DNA of 64,000 nucleotides from Antedon mediterranea (Eukaryota > Animalia > Echinodermata). A program made the translations under genes and the position numbers. The DNA lies in the NCBI RefSeq assembly GCF_964355755.1, contig NC_092671.1:39070304-39134303 (forward strand), written 5' to 3'. The notes beneath the pieces are model-generated. The model did not search any database. It worked only from the letters and a program-made list of their open reading frames with translations, and was not told where the DNA came from. The stretch's first letter is position 1. Each line of letters opens with the position of its first letter. This document shows positions 14,801 to 27,849 of this stretch, piece by piece.

Positions 14801-17800
14801 ACCATATTTAAGCACATCACAACTATTTTTATCAAACTGGTTTGATATTGTAGACAGAACTTTAGACAATAATATTCTTTAGATTTTAAGTGGTTCAAGA
14901 TTATAGCAATATTACGTCTTCTTTATGTTCTGTCTACACTTTCAAACTTTATGTGACAAAAAATTTGATGTTCTCGTATATGGACATGATGATGTCATAT
15001 CAACTACCATATTTAAGCATATAACTACCATATTTAAGCACATCACAATTTTTTTTTTTATCAAACTGGTTTGATATTATAGACAGAGCTTTAGACATTT
15101 TTGTAGTGATGATGGCCTTTTGCAAGTTATAGTAGACTGCTTTTGTACTTTAATTGAGAGTAACCATAAATCATTTCATTTTCGTGGACACTTAGGACAA
15201 ATATTAAATGTAGTAAATAAGACACAGTATTGCATGAGCAGAGGATTTAATGAACTCACTTCTTTCATGTAAAATCTCATAATATTACTGCTCAAAGCAC
15301 ATCCCACAAAACCTTCTGCTGCGATAGGGTTGTGAAGAAAGCGAATCTCTAGAGGAACAGCGCCCTCATCGCCCATGTCAATTGTTTGTTTTATGGTATG
15401 CTTGTCCCAATCCCAAACATGAAGGCTTTTTCCATATAAACCTAAAATCAGTAAAAGTATATATTAATACAAATCTAAAATTAGCAAAAGTTTGTTTAAT
15501 AAATCAACATTTTTTCTTCACAGGTTCACTTAAAAAATACAACAAACCCATTTACCGTTGGTGTAGTCGTCAGGGTTGAATCCTTTTAGAAAAGCCTTTG
15601 GAGCACCCCATTCTGTGCTTATCATCACATTGTGGAACGGTTGGTACCAAAAGTCATAACCAAAAGGAGGGTTATGCCCATCAGCCTCCCACTTGCCTTT
15701 AACATGGAAATCTTCTCCATCAAGGAGGATGAAACCACCTGAAAAATAAATATCAAATATAGACAGGAATTTAAGTTGGACTGATGTATGGTCCTGATAG
15801 CATCAATCACAGTATGTGACACTGTGACAGTATGTGACACTGTGACAGTATGTGACACTGTGACAGTATGTGACACTGTTACAGTATGTGACACTGTTAC
15901 AGTATGTGACACTGTTACAGTATGTGACACTGTGACAGTATGTGACACTGTTAAATGTTACCTAGTGTTGTATGATTGCTGTTCAATTATGGTATATCAC
16001 CCGCATATGCTCGCTCGCTCTCTCTGTCAACCGCACTCTCAAATACAGTTGTTACTAGTTTAGAATGTTTTTATTCATCCTTTAATTGTGTCATTAACTC
16101 GACCATAAGCATAGGATACATAGGGGCTACAGCGTCATCATCCATAACAAACCAAATAGAACTGTATTTAACCTTTATTTACACCGACTCACTGTACTTT
16201 TCTGTTTTTAAATTTGGCCACCATCCTATTCTATAAAAGTTTTTATATGGCACCCTAAAAAGAACAGAGTGCCTAACAATACTATAGTATTATAAATTAA
16301 AATATGAATATTGAATATACCAATTCGTACTCGCAGCAAGTGTTTGCTTCACGTTCCTTGTGGTCATGTTGAATGCACAAAACGAGGCATCTTTCAGCGG
16401 TTACCTAACACATTTAATAGGTTACTTGTTACTTGTTTGGATATTGATTTATTTTATGATAGTTTAAATGTATTTAAGGGTAAAATGGTTAAATCTCTTT
16501 AATGTTGTTATCTTTGTTTATGTTTGTGTTGTTTATATGAATACATTTTATATATATTATGTTTAGATTCAACCTGTTAGTGGCGGTTTCATCGCTGTTG
16601 GTTGACAACTGAATAAAATTTAAAAAAAAAAAAAATAAATAAAAAGAAAAGTTTAAACTTGACGTTTAAATAGAGGTGCCGAAAGTAGCTGTGTGAACAG
16701 TTAGTTGTTCCTATTATGCTAGGCTTAGTAATCACTGTATCCAAGGAGTATAATACTATTATAGTATTAAGTATATTTCACTGTCTGGAATATTGGGGTT
16801 TAGAGGTCATTTGTCGCAAATAATAGACATAATAATATGTAAATCTACAACTTTCATTAATCTTACTTTTACTGTCAGTTAGAAAGAACTTTTTTCTTAT
16901 TTAAAAAAAAATCAGTGACCATCTTCTAACCTTGCAAATTATCCATTGTTATGCATAACAATACTAAGTATTATTAATTAAAACGATAAGTTTTAAGTCG
17001 ACGTTTAAACAGAGGTGCCGAAAGTAGCTGTGGCAACAGTTAGTTGTTTCGATTATGCAAGGCTTAGTAATCACTGTATCCAAGGAGTATAATACTATTA
17101 TAGTATTAAGTATATTCCACTGTCTGGAATATTGGGGTTTAGAGGTCATTTGTCGCAAATAATAGTAATGTAAATCAATCTACAACTTTCATTTAATCTT
17201 ACTTTTACTGTCAGTTAGGAAGCACTTTTTTCTTATTTTGAAAATAATCGGTGACCATCGTAAAGTAGCAAAATAATTGTTGTTCTAACCTTGCAATTTA
17301 TCCATTGTTATTCTAGGCTTAATAGTATTAACCCTTCCTATCCAGGGATAACTGTATAATAACACTATTACTTTTAAATTAATGACCATCCTAAAGTAGC
17401 TGTGAAGATTTATTTGTTCTGATTATTCATTATGCTAGGCTTAGCAAATGAATAAGTTGAACAAACACAGTCTAGAATTTGTGTGTAAATCTACTTTAGC
17501 CCTACTAAACATACTAATGTATTTTAATGTATTATATCTTTCATTAACAAAAAATAAGGATCATCGTTTCCCCATCCACAAATTATTTTTTATTACTAGC
17601 TGTTTTAAAGAATCTTTCAATATACAGTTTAAACATAAACTTCAATAAAACCTTTTTTTTAATACTGTATATACATTGTTAGGAGTTGGATAGCCGAGTG
17701 GTTAGGACACTTGACTGTCATACAGATAGACCCGTGTTCAATTCCCGACAACTCCCAGTCCACTCAGCTGTAAATGAGTACCTGGTTGAAAATACTAGGG

Positions 17801-19731
17801 AGAAAAAAGGGCAGCGTGGAAAGGAACTGGCCACCCTACCACATAATGCCGAGGCTTAGTACAATGAGCTCCTAACAGCTCTTTACCTTTATTATTAAAA
17901 TATCGTTGAAATTATACTTGAACATAATTTTATCTGAAGATTGACAGTAAACAGGTAAAAGTAGTGGAATAATCATTTGTACACATCTTTTAATAATTTG
18001 TGGTTTTCATATACATACCTTTTCCTTCCATAGAATCTTGTCCTTTACCCAAGGCACTAATCATAACCACACCGTTAGCAAGACAATGCGATGTGTGAGG
18101 TAACGCTAAGCCAGTTGTTTTTACTTCTTCCGATTCTACTACCTTGAGTTAAGAATGTTCAAAGCTTAGTAATAAAGTATAATACAACTACACAAACTTA
18201 TTTCTTTATGAAAAAAAAATCTAAAGCTGTGTCTACACTACCAAACTTTATGTGACAAAGAATGTGATGTGCCCATATATGGACATGTCATATCACTCAT
18301 ATTTGAGAATATCTCTAACATATTTGGGCACATCAAAACTAGTTTAATAGTGTAGAAAGAGCTTTAGATTATACAACATAGTAACATTTATATTATAACT
18401 GGACGTCTGATGCCTTATTTTTAAGAATTTAAGAGTGTTTTTAATGTTTATAAACCACTTACCTTATGCATGATAGGTTTTCGAGGATTTGTAGAGACGT
18501 CAACGACATATATTCTTGAAGAGTGGAGACAAGGCATGATCAGCTTTGAACGTTTTTTACTTGCATCGTTCCAGCAACTACTGCAGGCGTTCCAACCAGT
18601 GTGGTGGAGTTCATCATTTAAGTAAGGCATTGGCAGACGGCTAATTACCTACAATATTTTATATTAAAGTCATGCTCATTATTTTAACAGTAGAAATTTG
18701 GTGATGGCCGAGCGGTTAAGACAGTGGAACCGTAATTACGTAGTCATAAGATTGGCAAGGGTTCAAGGCTCGTTCGCTCGATGGTTCTGATGGTAGAACG
18801 AGTCTTCTCGGATAAGGACTATAAACCATAGGTCCACTGTACACATCTAGCTAATGTTTACTTTAAAGAATCTAGTACATCTTTCGAGACGAGTAGGGGT
18901 TTACCCGGTGTACTATTACATCACAGCCACTGATCATAACTGGGCCCTCTGGGTCAATTCAATTCAACCATGTTAAACTATACTCAAATGAGATTCTGCA
19001 CAGTATACAAAGATGATGATGAAATAAGAAAACAAATTAAAAGAATGTTGGTATTGGAAAATAATCTATAATCAGTTTAGCTTACTTTTTAGTTGGGGAT
19101 GGCTGTGTAGCCTGTTGATTACCTTACTAGATTCTTATTGAGAACACACAAAAAGTGAGATTCAAATCTGTGATTGATTGCTTTTAATGTCCGTAGAAAT
19201 GAATTCAATTTATTAAAAATTGAACTATTTCAAAATTAAGCTGAATGTGCTTACCTTGCAATATGTAGATGATCTTGGATCAATATCCACCGTGGCCAAA
19301 TAATCAGGTCTACCTATTTCAGTGTTTCTGTAAATGCAGGGGATATACAGCAACTCTTCCCTGGGGCCTTTCATGGCATCCAGGGGTGTTCGGTATCCAG
19401 GTCCTGGGCAGCAAGCTGCAACAGAATTGTTTTCACATTAAAAGAATTGAATGTTATGTATAGTACTTCATATCAAATACACAAATTCACATTTTTTTGT
19501 AACATAATGTTTGATAGTGTAGACAGAGCTTAAGACATCTATGCCTGTCTAAGAGGTCTATACCTTACTTTGAAGACTAGGCCTAATGGAAAAATTGAGC
19601 ACAAATTTACCGGACCTTAGATAAAAAAGTTATCTGCTACAACAAAATCTAATTCATCCAGCACATGGACATAAAATGTGCACATTATTTTGATTCCTGT
19701 TATTATAGAGAAAAAGAAGTTACTTACACAT
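11824..19731 (-). CDS. SELENBP1: Selenium-binding protein 1 / methanethiol oxidase, copy B (complete, 10 coding exons)
   Basis: Exons 19728-19731, 19255-19415, 18463-18648, 18019-18142, 15556-15738, 15260-15441, 14693-14771, 13775-13896, 12552-12763 and 11824-12007 splice in frame. Includes [54 protein letters not shown] and [18 protein letters not shown]. Confidence 0.96.
12090..12432. repeat. ~38-39-bp minisatellite, ~9 copies
   Basis: Unit caacttccagttaaccagttaacatggtttgaatgtgtcttgt in the last intron of SELENBP1-B. Confidence 0.95.
12843..13680. mobile_element. Non-autonomous DNA transposon, ~35-bp TIRs, TA target duplication
   Basis: ta|ccagagccatatatataaagagttacgacattgaa ... ttcaatgtcgtaactctttatatatatggctctgg|ta. 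Confidence 0.9.
14007..14185. mobile_element. Small PIF/Harbinger-type MITE, TTA target duplication
   Basis: tta|agcttggttaccactag..aacgcaacgcaag ... cttgcgttgcgtt..cagtgggaaccacgct|tta. Confidence 0.75.
15810..15952. repeat. 18-bp minisatellite, ~8 copies
   Basis: Unit acagtatgtgacactgtg/t. Confidence 0.95.
16300..16650 (+). mobile_element. LINE 3'-end fragment with terminal hairpin and A-tail
   Basis: RT C-terminal-like peptide ([29 protein letters not shown]), hairpin tcaacctgttagtggcggtttcatcgctgttggttga, then poly(A). An inverted sister copy lies at ~28590-28850. Confidence 0.7.
16658..17330. repeat. ~340-bp tandem duplication (2 copies)
   Basis: gacgtttaaa..gaggtgccgaaagtagctgtg... 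at ~16661 and ~17000, with matching downstream sequence. Confidence 0.9.
17680..17885 (+). mobile_element. tRNA-derived SINE
   Basis: Box A tagccgagtgg, box B gtgttcaattccc, body ccactcagctgtaaatgagtacc. Confidence 0.7.
18223..18363. mobile_element. PIF/Harbinger-type MITE copy
   Basis: agctgtgtctacacta ... tagtgtagaaagagct. Confidence 0.8.
18700..18953 (+). mobile_element. tRNA-derived SINE with Deu/Nin-like central domain
   Basis: Box A tggccgagcgg and box B ggttcaaggc. The body cggataaggactataaacc..aaagaa..tctttcgagacgagtaggggt..ccggtgt resembles, from memory, the DeuSINE domain. Other copies at ~35705-35880 (+), ~41770-41915 (-), ~48695-48750 (+) and ~50890-51165 (-). Confidence 0.75.
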
Positions 19732-21173
19732 TGCTTTTTTGCAATTTCAAAATCCAAAAGTTCTTCTCTCCAAATACCTTCCAAATACCTTCTTTTTTAA
19801 AAAAGTATTTATTAAATTTTGCTTCGGTGGCACATATCACTCAATAGTGTACGTATAACTAACTATACAAATAACAAACTTCATAAAAAAAAAGAGAACC
19901 AGTCATGCTTCATTGCACAAACACCAACAAATGAATACAGCGTTCTGATTGGTTATGCAATACAGAAGAAAGTTACACAACACAATGCTTACATTAATAG
20001 CAGTAAAGTTATAACACAACGTATAGCTTACCAAACCTGTGTCTACACACAAAAAGCTGCTTTCCTTTGCTACTCAGAATAGCTTACACTGAACAAAAAA
20101 AAAGAAGTAAAAAGGCCAGGGCAGCCAGCACACCTGGATGAACATACGCAAATGAACCCAATTAGTGGCAGCACACAAGTACAGATAAAACATATGTGAA
20201 CAGAAAAGTTATGATTGTACACAGAGTAAAATACTGTATTTTAAATTATTTTGGCTCAAACAGGTTATGTTACTCAACATTAAATTTGATCTAAATTCAA
20301 AAGGGCTGCAATTCGTCAATGTCATGATTGTGCTTTTCATTAAAACTTACCATGAACTTACATTATATAAATATCTTCATAATCACTATGACCATCTTCA
20401 AATTATAAAATAATACTAATTTCACTGACAAATCATAATCAAATGTTTGATTTTAATTGGTTTTAGGTTTTTAATGTATTTTACAGACAAAAATCATCCT
20501 TAGTTAATTTTCGTAAAATGTTAATTAAAATAAATGTACATATCAAAATTAGAAACAAAATTAAATAAGATACTTTAATAAATATTTCAGCTTATGTATT
20601 GTTTTGGAATTTGTTGAAATATTTCAATCCACAAAAAAATTGGATAATCCCTATTGGGTAATCCCTATTGGATAATCCTTTCACTCTAATCATACTTTAA
20701 TCAATTTCTATCTAGAATCAATTGTATTAACATAATTATCAGACTTCCTGTATGATTGTAATTTCAATTGATAAACAGTTTTAAATTGAAACCGGTCTCT
20801 AAAAATCCCTAAATAATTAAAATCAAATCTCCCTCTTCTTTAATTTAAAATAAAAAATGTCAGACAAATCTGGAAGGGCTAATTATATATTCTTGTCAAT
20901 TTTGAACATGCCTTCTTCAACTGTTACCTTTCATTTTTATTTCCCTTCATCTTGTTTATCTTCTTTATTGAAGTAAATAAATGACATTTTGAATTGCAAC
21001 TCCTTCTTAATGTCGATTGTTGACTAATCCCATGATGCAAATGATTCCATCTACAATAAACTATTTATAATAATTATACCATTTCACTATTAAAAATCAT
21101 GTATAGATTCAGTAAATAATTTCACTAAATATTTACTATTTACATTCTGACATCAAACAATTAAAATTATAAA

Positions 21174-24100
21174 TCAATCTATTTTTATAGTCCTTTCAGC
21201 GTTATATTTCCTAAAAAATGATTTTCCAAATTCATAGCTTCCAAGCATTATAGCACAAGCTGGCATCACCTTCAGTATTCGGGGTGTTATGCCTAAAATG
21301 CAAAAAAAAAACAACAGAAAAATGACTAATTTTCAAGTAATTTCTGCATGATAAATAAAAATGAATACAGTATGACTATATTGAATTTTTGAAATACCGT
21401 AAAACCAATAAAGATATACCACAAACTAGTTTTTAATGACAAAAATGATGTTGTGAGGAAATGATGCTCGGAGGCTCACCTGCAAACAGGCCTGAAATGC
21501 CGCGTTCTTGATAGATGCGAAGTGCAATATCTTTGGTACTTGTTAGTTTAAAACCAGAGCCTATAAAATAAAAAATAAAAATTTCAGTGCTGTACCTTTG
21601 TTTAAGAGGAATGTTTAAATGTTTGTCCCAAATATCTTTTTATAACAAAAGAAATATTAAACAATGTATTTTGCTCTGTTTCCAAGTTTATCTTGTCTCC
21701 CCATATATGGTAATGATGTCATATCAGTACCATATTTGGACACATTACTTTTATATTTGGGTTCATTACATTTTTTGTCACTTAAAAGTTTGATAGTGTA
21801 GACAGAGATTTATACTGTGTATAACTAAACTATCTTCCTACACTCCAGGTTGATTAGTATAAAACCCTCTCAGTACAATTCCACTCATTGACAAATTTGG
21901 ATAATATAACAACCATACAAATCTATTTCTCTTATGCTTTGTCTACACTATCAAACTAGTTTGAAAAAAAGTTTGATGTGCCCAAATATGGTAGTGATAT
22001 GCTGATCATGTCCATATATGGGCACATCACATTTTTTGTCACATAAAGTTTAAAGTGTAGACAGAGCTTTACAATTCTCTAAGTAGGTTTACGTTTCAAC
22101 ACTATATGATCCACAGTGATTCATTGCAAAAAGTGAAGACAAAGTTTCATAGAGTTAGTTGATTACCTTTCGCCTCTTTTTCACCTATTTCAATTTGTCT
22201 GTGGGTTTTTATAACATCAAATGGTAACGTAAGTACACCAGCAATCTAGCAATGACCACAAAAAAGCATTAAAAAAGTATAACAAAAATTTATAGAAACA
22301 GTTTTATTTTTGCAAAATTATCTCATAATCATAATGTACTCATAATCACAATGATTTGCTATCACAATGATCTAATAATCACAATGATTTCATAATCACA
22401 ATGATTTCATAATCACAATGATTTCATAATCACAATGATTTCATAATCACAATGACTTCATAATCACAATGATCTCATAATCACAATTATCTCATAATCA
22501 CAATAATTTCATAATCACAGTGATCTCATAATCACAATGATCTCATAAGCACAATGATCTCATAAGCACAATGATCTCATAATCACAATGATCTCATAAT
22601 CACAATGATCTCATAATCATATTGGCAATAACAACCTAATTTGTTATAGGATAGGCAGGATTTCAACCTCATCTTTACAGGATAAATTTGACACAACAAA
22701 TAATGATACAAGTAACTTACCGTGCCTGAAATTGCACCAGCAGTAAAGCTTACAACAAACGTTGGATCAGGTATATGATAAAGATGACATAATTGTGTCC
22801 GGAAATATTCGTAAGAAACCCATAACATCACTAGACAAGAAAAATCTTACATAAATTTAAATGTTTTTTTTTTTTTAATAAATGTCAATAAAATTATCTT
22901 TATCACAATGATCCCCTATAATTCGTCAAGGTGACGAATTAAATTCTAGTTTCTTTCAAATATCATTAATAGACTAGAAAATAAATAAGTAAAAGGCTAA
23001 ATAAAATTGTAAAATATATGCATATATTTTGAAAATACTATTCTGAATAAAAGACTAAATCAAATTTAAAAGGTGAACTTAAAAAGACACGCAAAGATTT
23101 GAATACTATTATGACCTCACAATACTGGAAAAAGTAGACAGCATTATTTTATACTTTTTCAAGATATTTAGCTTGTTTTATAAACCTTTACAGTGGCAAA
23201 ATGGCAAAATCAGCACTGTGGTCATGTTACAAGAGTGGTCAAACAAGAGTGGTCAAACAAGAGTGGTCAAACAATATAGATTATCTGATAAAACTCCTAG
23301 AAAGTAGGAACAATTATGCCATTTGACTATTTAATAAACATGTTTCTCAACTTTTAATTTCCTAAATAATAACACCCCTTACTTGAAAATGGAACATCCC
23401 TAAGTAAAGTTGGTGGTAGACCTCTCCACAAGGAGCCTATACCCTCATCTTTTACCGCCATCTTGACGCAGTCTTTCAACTGACTGTAGCTTAGAACTCG
23501 CGACTGCATCTTAGTTCTGATTAATTCAAGGGGACTTATAATTGAGACCACGCCGACTGAAATTGAATAAAAAAATCATTAATTTATTACGCTGGTATAG
23601 GAAGTATTTTACAGTGTTTTATGCTGGGTGCATGATAATTATTACTAAATGAATTTATAAATCCAAAGACAAATTACTGAAAAAATTAGTGACTTTATCT
23701 CAATGGAGATACAATATAAAATAAGCACTTAAAAATGACAATTCTGTTGGTATCAGTGGCTGGATCTCAATGGAGATACAAAATAAAATAAGCAATGAAA
23801 AAATGACAATGATGTGGGTATCAGTGGCTGGATCTCAATGGAGATACTGTACAAAATAAAATAAGCACTGAAAAAATGACAATGCTGTGGGTATCAGTGG
23901 CTGGATCTCAATGGATACAAAATAAAATAAGCACTGAAAAAATAACAATGCTGTGCGTATCAGTGGCTTGATCTCTCAATGGAGATACAAAATGACAATG
24001 CTGTGGGTATCAGTGGCTGGATCTCAATGGAGATACAAAATGACAATTCTGTGGGTATCAGTGGCTGGATCTCAATGGAGATACAAAATGACAATTCTGT

Positions 24101-27100
24101 GGGTATCAGTGGCTGGATCTCAATGGAGATACAAAATGACAATTCTGTGGGTATCAGTGGCTGGATCTCAATGGAGATACAAAATGACAATGCTGTGGGT
24201 ATCAGTGGCTGGATCTCAATGGAGATACAAAATAAAATAAGCAAAAAGCTAAATAAAAACAATAAAGTAAAACAGACAGAAAAAATTGCAGAGCTTTCTG
24301 GTAACACTAGCTATTCATCAGTGCACTGCAAATGTATTTTATGAAGCAAATATGGAATCATTATTAATCAAATTTACTTAAGTCTTTACTTACTTCTAGC
24401 AGTTCCACCTGCAACCATTGGTATAAACAAACTATTACTATCAGCGTCGTGGAAGCCCATCCAGTACTTAAGTTGATCATACGCTGTGTAGTACATGACA
24501 GTCTGCGGAACTGCCATTAACCTAATCACAACAAAATGATTATATATAATTAATACAGAATATTTCTAAGAAGGTTTCTAAATCTCTGTCTACACTATCA
24601 AACTTTATGTGACAGAAAAATGTGATGTGCCCATATATGGACATGATGTCATATCACTACCATATTTGGGCATATCACAACCTTATTTGGGCACATCACA
24701 CTTTTTTTTGTCAAACTAGTTTGATAGTGTAGACAGAGCTTAATAACAGTATCAACTAAATACCAATTGTTTGTTACTTCGTACATCTTTCAATTTGAGT
24801 CTCTCAATTTTAAATCACTTACAATGTTGGCGGTAAGCCACTCCATAATGCAGTTATTCCTTCATTCCTGGCAATTCCCAGGAATGCATCCTAATAATAA
24901 AAGATAACACGGTATTATTTATTCAACAACAATAACACTTCTTATGGTTGTTCTTTTATATATCCAGCCACACAAATGAGCTCACAATATACTGTAGTAC
25001 ATGGCCTGGTAACTTGTACTATGGGTGAAAACCACGGTTAAAACACACAATTACCATACTACCATTTTTACTGGTTTGGTAAACATACCATGGGCAAACA
25101 CTAGGTTAAAATACACACTTAGTACCATTTATACTACTAGCCTGGTAGCTTGTACCATGGATGAGCACCATGTTTAAAGCACACACTTACCATAGTACCA
25201 TTATATTGGCCCGGTAACTTGTACCATGGACGCACACCAGAGTTACCATTAATACACGTACAGAGATGGTCCATTAATCCATTGCAGTACAAAAAACACT
25301 GACCTGAGAAAAGTACATTTGTTTTATATTAAAGCATAAATAAATTACAGTACAGTATAGTCATTCCCTTTAATAATGAGCAAAACCATTTCCATAAATG
25401 GCTAGAATTGTTATTGTCCCCCCAAAAACATGAAAAATGAAGATTAATAAAATCAGACTATTAATTGGCCATTTTGGCCATGTGTAGAAAAATCATTTCA
25501 CTTATAAAATAACAAAATAAACTGTTAATTTTAACCAAAAACTGGAGTACTGAACAATTTAAGTATTTTTTGCTTTAAATTACATTTTTTTCAGGTAAAT
25601 AATTTTTTTCCCAATCCAGTTTTCGGTAAAAGTGAATAACTATTATGTGACATTAAAATTAAATTATTTTTCAGGGGGAAAATATATCTTTAAGTTGACG
25701 CACCATTAATCATTGGTTTTTGCTGGGCTTGTAGTCTGATCTTCACTACATCCATTGGAGTCACTGAAAATAGAATGATTATTTACACAAATTAAAATAC
25801 ATTATTTCGTTTAGTCTTCTTGCATGATTCTGGTTTAAAATTTATGTTTTTGCTCAAATAATTTTCCTCCATATTTTTAAACCATTTTGAGCATTTCGAA
25901 AAAACTTGTTAACATAAAAACACCAGTTTATTTTGATGATCGTGTGTTGGTTCTGTAATTTCACCGGTGTCTGATCATTTCGGCCGCCAGTCATTTCGGC
26001 CGCCGGTTATGGAATTGCCAAATTCATGAAACGCCAAAAAGGACAAAATATGTATTGTTAATTTCGGCCGCCAGAATTGTAATTATTCTTGAATATGTAT
26101 GACACGCCATGTGTGTTAAAATGTTAATATTTTACTAAATACTGTATTATTAAGCCGAATCGGCGGTCTTCAATTCCAGAAACAGCAGCGATATTATAGC
26201 GTGCACATTGCCATCACTACAGTGAATATTAATGATATTTTTTTAATAAGAAGGAGGTGATGCTGAAGTTTTTTTTATGTGCCAGTCAAAAACACTTGAC
26301 TTGATTCATATTAAAAGAAACACATTTTTACAAAGCACAAAAAAACAAATGTATTTAGCCCATTGCACAACTGATCTCTAGTTTAAATGACCATAGTTCT
26401 CTGTGGCGTTCCATAGACTTGATAAAGTTATTTTTTTTCACTGTAATACTGTACAGTTAATGAGTTATTTCTGGCTATTTCAATTTGGCGCGCCATACCT
26501 GGCGGCCGAAATGATCGTGCCATATTTTGTCCTTTTTGGAGTTTCATGAATTTGGGCGTTCCATAACCGGCGGCCGAAATGATTGGCGGCCGAAATGCAC
26601 TGTGACCATTTCACCTAGGCTACAAAATAAACCCAAATCTTTTGAGTTTAAATCTTCTTGTACTGTATCACCTAATATTTAGACTAAATTCATGGTACAT
26701 TAAACGTCAAAAAGATTCGTTAAATTTATTTATTTGAAAACAACAACATCATATAAAATGACATAGAAAACTACGAAGAGATAAAAATACTTGACTTGCT
26801 TCTATTAAATGAAAACAAAAAAAAACCCATTTATTTACTTTTTTATAGTAGCCTAGGCCCCCCTAGTATTCAAAAATGTATTTACTCTCCATAAATATTA
26901 ATAAATGCCTACCCTAGCTAGATAGACCTACAGGCTACACTGATCAGAAAACTTACTTGTTAAACTTGTCAATATAGCACCTGAACAAGACGATATCATT
27001 TGCTGCCATGGTTTTAATGGCGCAGGCCTAGCTTTGCACTTGTTTGGGATCATTGCATCATCAGCTGCACTAGCAGCAGCCGGCGCGGCGGGTTGTCCGA

Positions 27101-27176
27101 CACGGCCACCGTTGTCTTCGCGAGACCCCGAAGTAGTAGGCCTAGGCTGTTTTGATTCAACCATTTCAGAAGGCAT
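21174..27176 (-). CDS. SLC25A40: Mitochondrial carrier of the SLC25A39/SLC25A40 (glutathione importer) subfamily, 10 coding exons
   Basis: Exons 26957-27176, 25704-25763, 25191-25303, 24823-24890, 24394-24521, 23383-23556, 22721-22830, 22167-22245, 21480-21560 and 21174-21292. Three carrier signatures ([24 protein letters not shown]), the subfamily Cys loop [13 protein letters not shown], and LRDVPFS. A39 versus A40 orthology cannot be resolved; probably a co-orthologue. Confidence 0.92.
22320..22620. repeat. 18-bp minisatellite
   Basis: Unit cataatcacaatgatc/ttt, ~15 copies. Confidence 0.95.
23690..24240. repeat. 48-bp (and ~64-bp variant) minisatellite
   Basis: Unit caatggagatacaaaatgacaattctgtgggtatcagtggctggatct. 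Confidence 0.95.
24582..24740. mobile_element. PIF/Harbinger-type MITE, full length, TAA target duplication
   Basis: taa|atctctgtctacactatcaaact ... agtttgatagtgtagacagagct|taa. Confidence 0.9.
25002..25240. repeat. Degenerate ~68-bp tandem repeat derived from an exon/intron junction
   Basis: About 3.5 copies of ggcc/tggtaacttgtaccatgg..acc..taaa.cacacacttaccatagtacca. The rightmost copy is the real end of the SLC25A39/40 Cys-loop exon. Confidence 0.8.
25966..26607. mobile_element. Non-autonomous DNA transposon with long TIRs and 8-bp target duplication (Mutator-like)
   Basis: atttcacc|ggtg..catttcggccgccag..catttcggccgccggttatggaa ... ttccataaccggcggccgaaatgattggcggccgaaatg..acc|atttcacc. 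Confidence 0.85.
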
Positions 27177-27849
27177 GCTATGTCGTACAGCTTAAACTCA
27201 TCACTTATTACAAAATATCATGGAATCTCTAATCCATACATTTTATGTCGGTAGAGTAGAAACTGCCAACTAGGCCTAGCTAGTTAGATGGAAAATTCAT
27301 CTTCTTGTTTTGTCATGTGGTATACGGTGCGAAATAAAAACACATGGTGAGGGCGCACTACAAATCTCTATTTTTATTTAAAGATTTTATATCTTTTCAG
27401 TCTATTTACATTTCATTTTATTTTTTTCAAATTTATTTATTTAAATTAACAACTACTTTGTTCTAGTTCATCTCTTTTGTTTGTTTATTGTGCGTGAAGA
27501 AATTAATTTATTCTGTATGTCTTTCGACACCAACCCAAGGAATGTTCTATATACTTTAAATTCAACAATGTACCATGCACACATATCACTGTACCATGTT
27601 AATACGATAGTGTGAAATTGCGTCGCTGGTCAGAAAAAAAAATTGTAAAACAAATTACATTATACAATGGAATACTAAAGTTATAGGCTATAGATTTTCT
27701 TGACCCACATTTGATATTTTATTACAAATAATTAATTTATAAATATATTTTTTCAAATTACAATAATGAAAGTTATTTGCAAATATACAGCCTATATACA
27801 GGAACTCCTCTCCGCTGTACCAGTGACAAATCATCAACAATCACACATG

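Noticed and set aside
17680-18780. tRNA genes at ~17680, ~18700, ~34735 and ~39860
   Set aside because: Box A/B are present but I could not fold complete cloverleaves, and at least the first two continue into SINE bodies.
11824-19731. SELENBP1 as a UGA-recoded selenoprotein
   Set aside because: No in-frame TGA in the assembled exons; the family binds selenium but does not encode selenocysteine.
23690-24344. 48-bp repeats as a CRISPR array or coding repeat
   Set aside because: Head-to-tail minisatellite without unique spacers, in a eukaryotic intron, with no cas genes.
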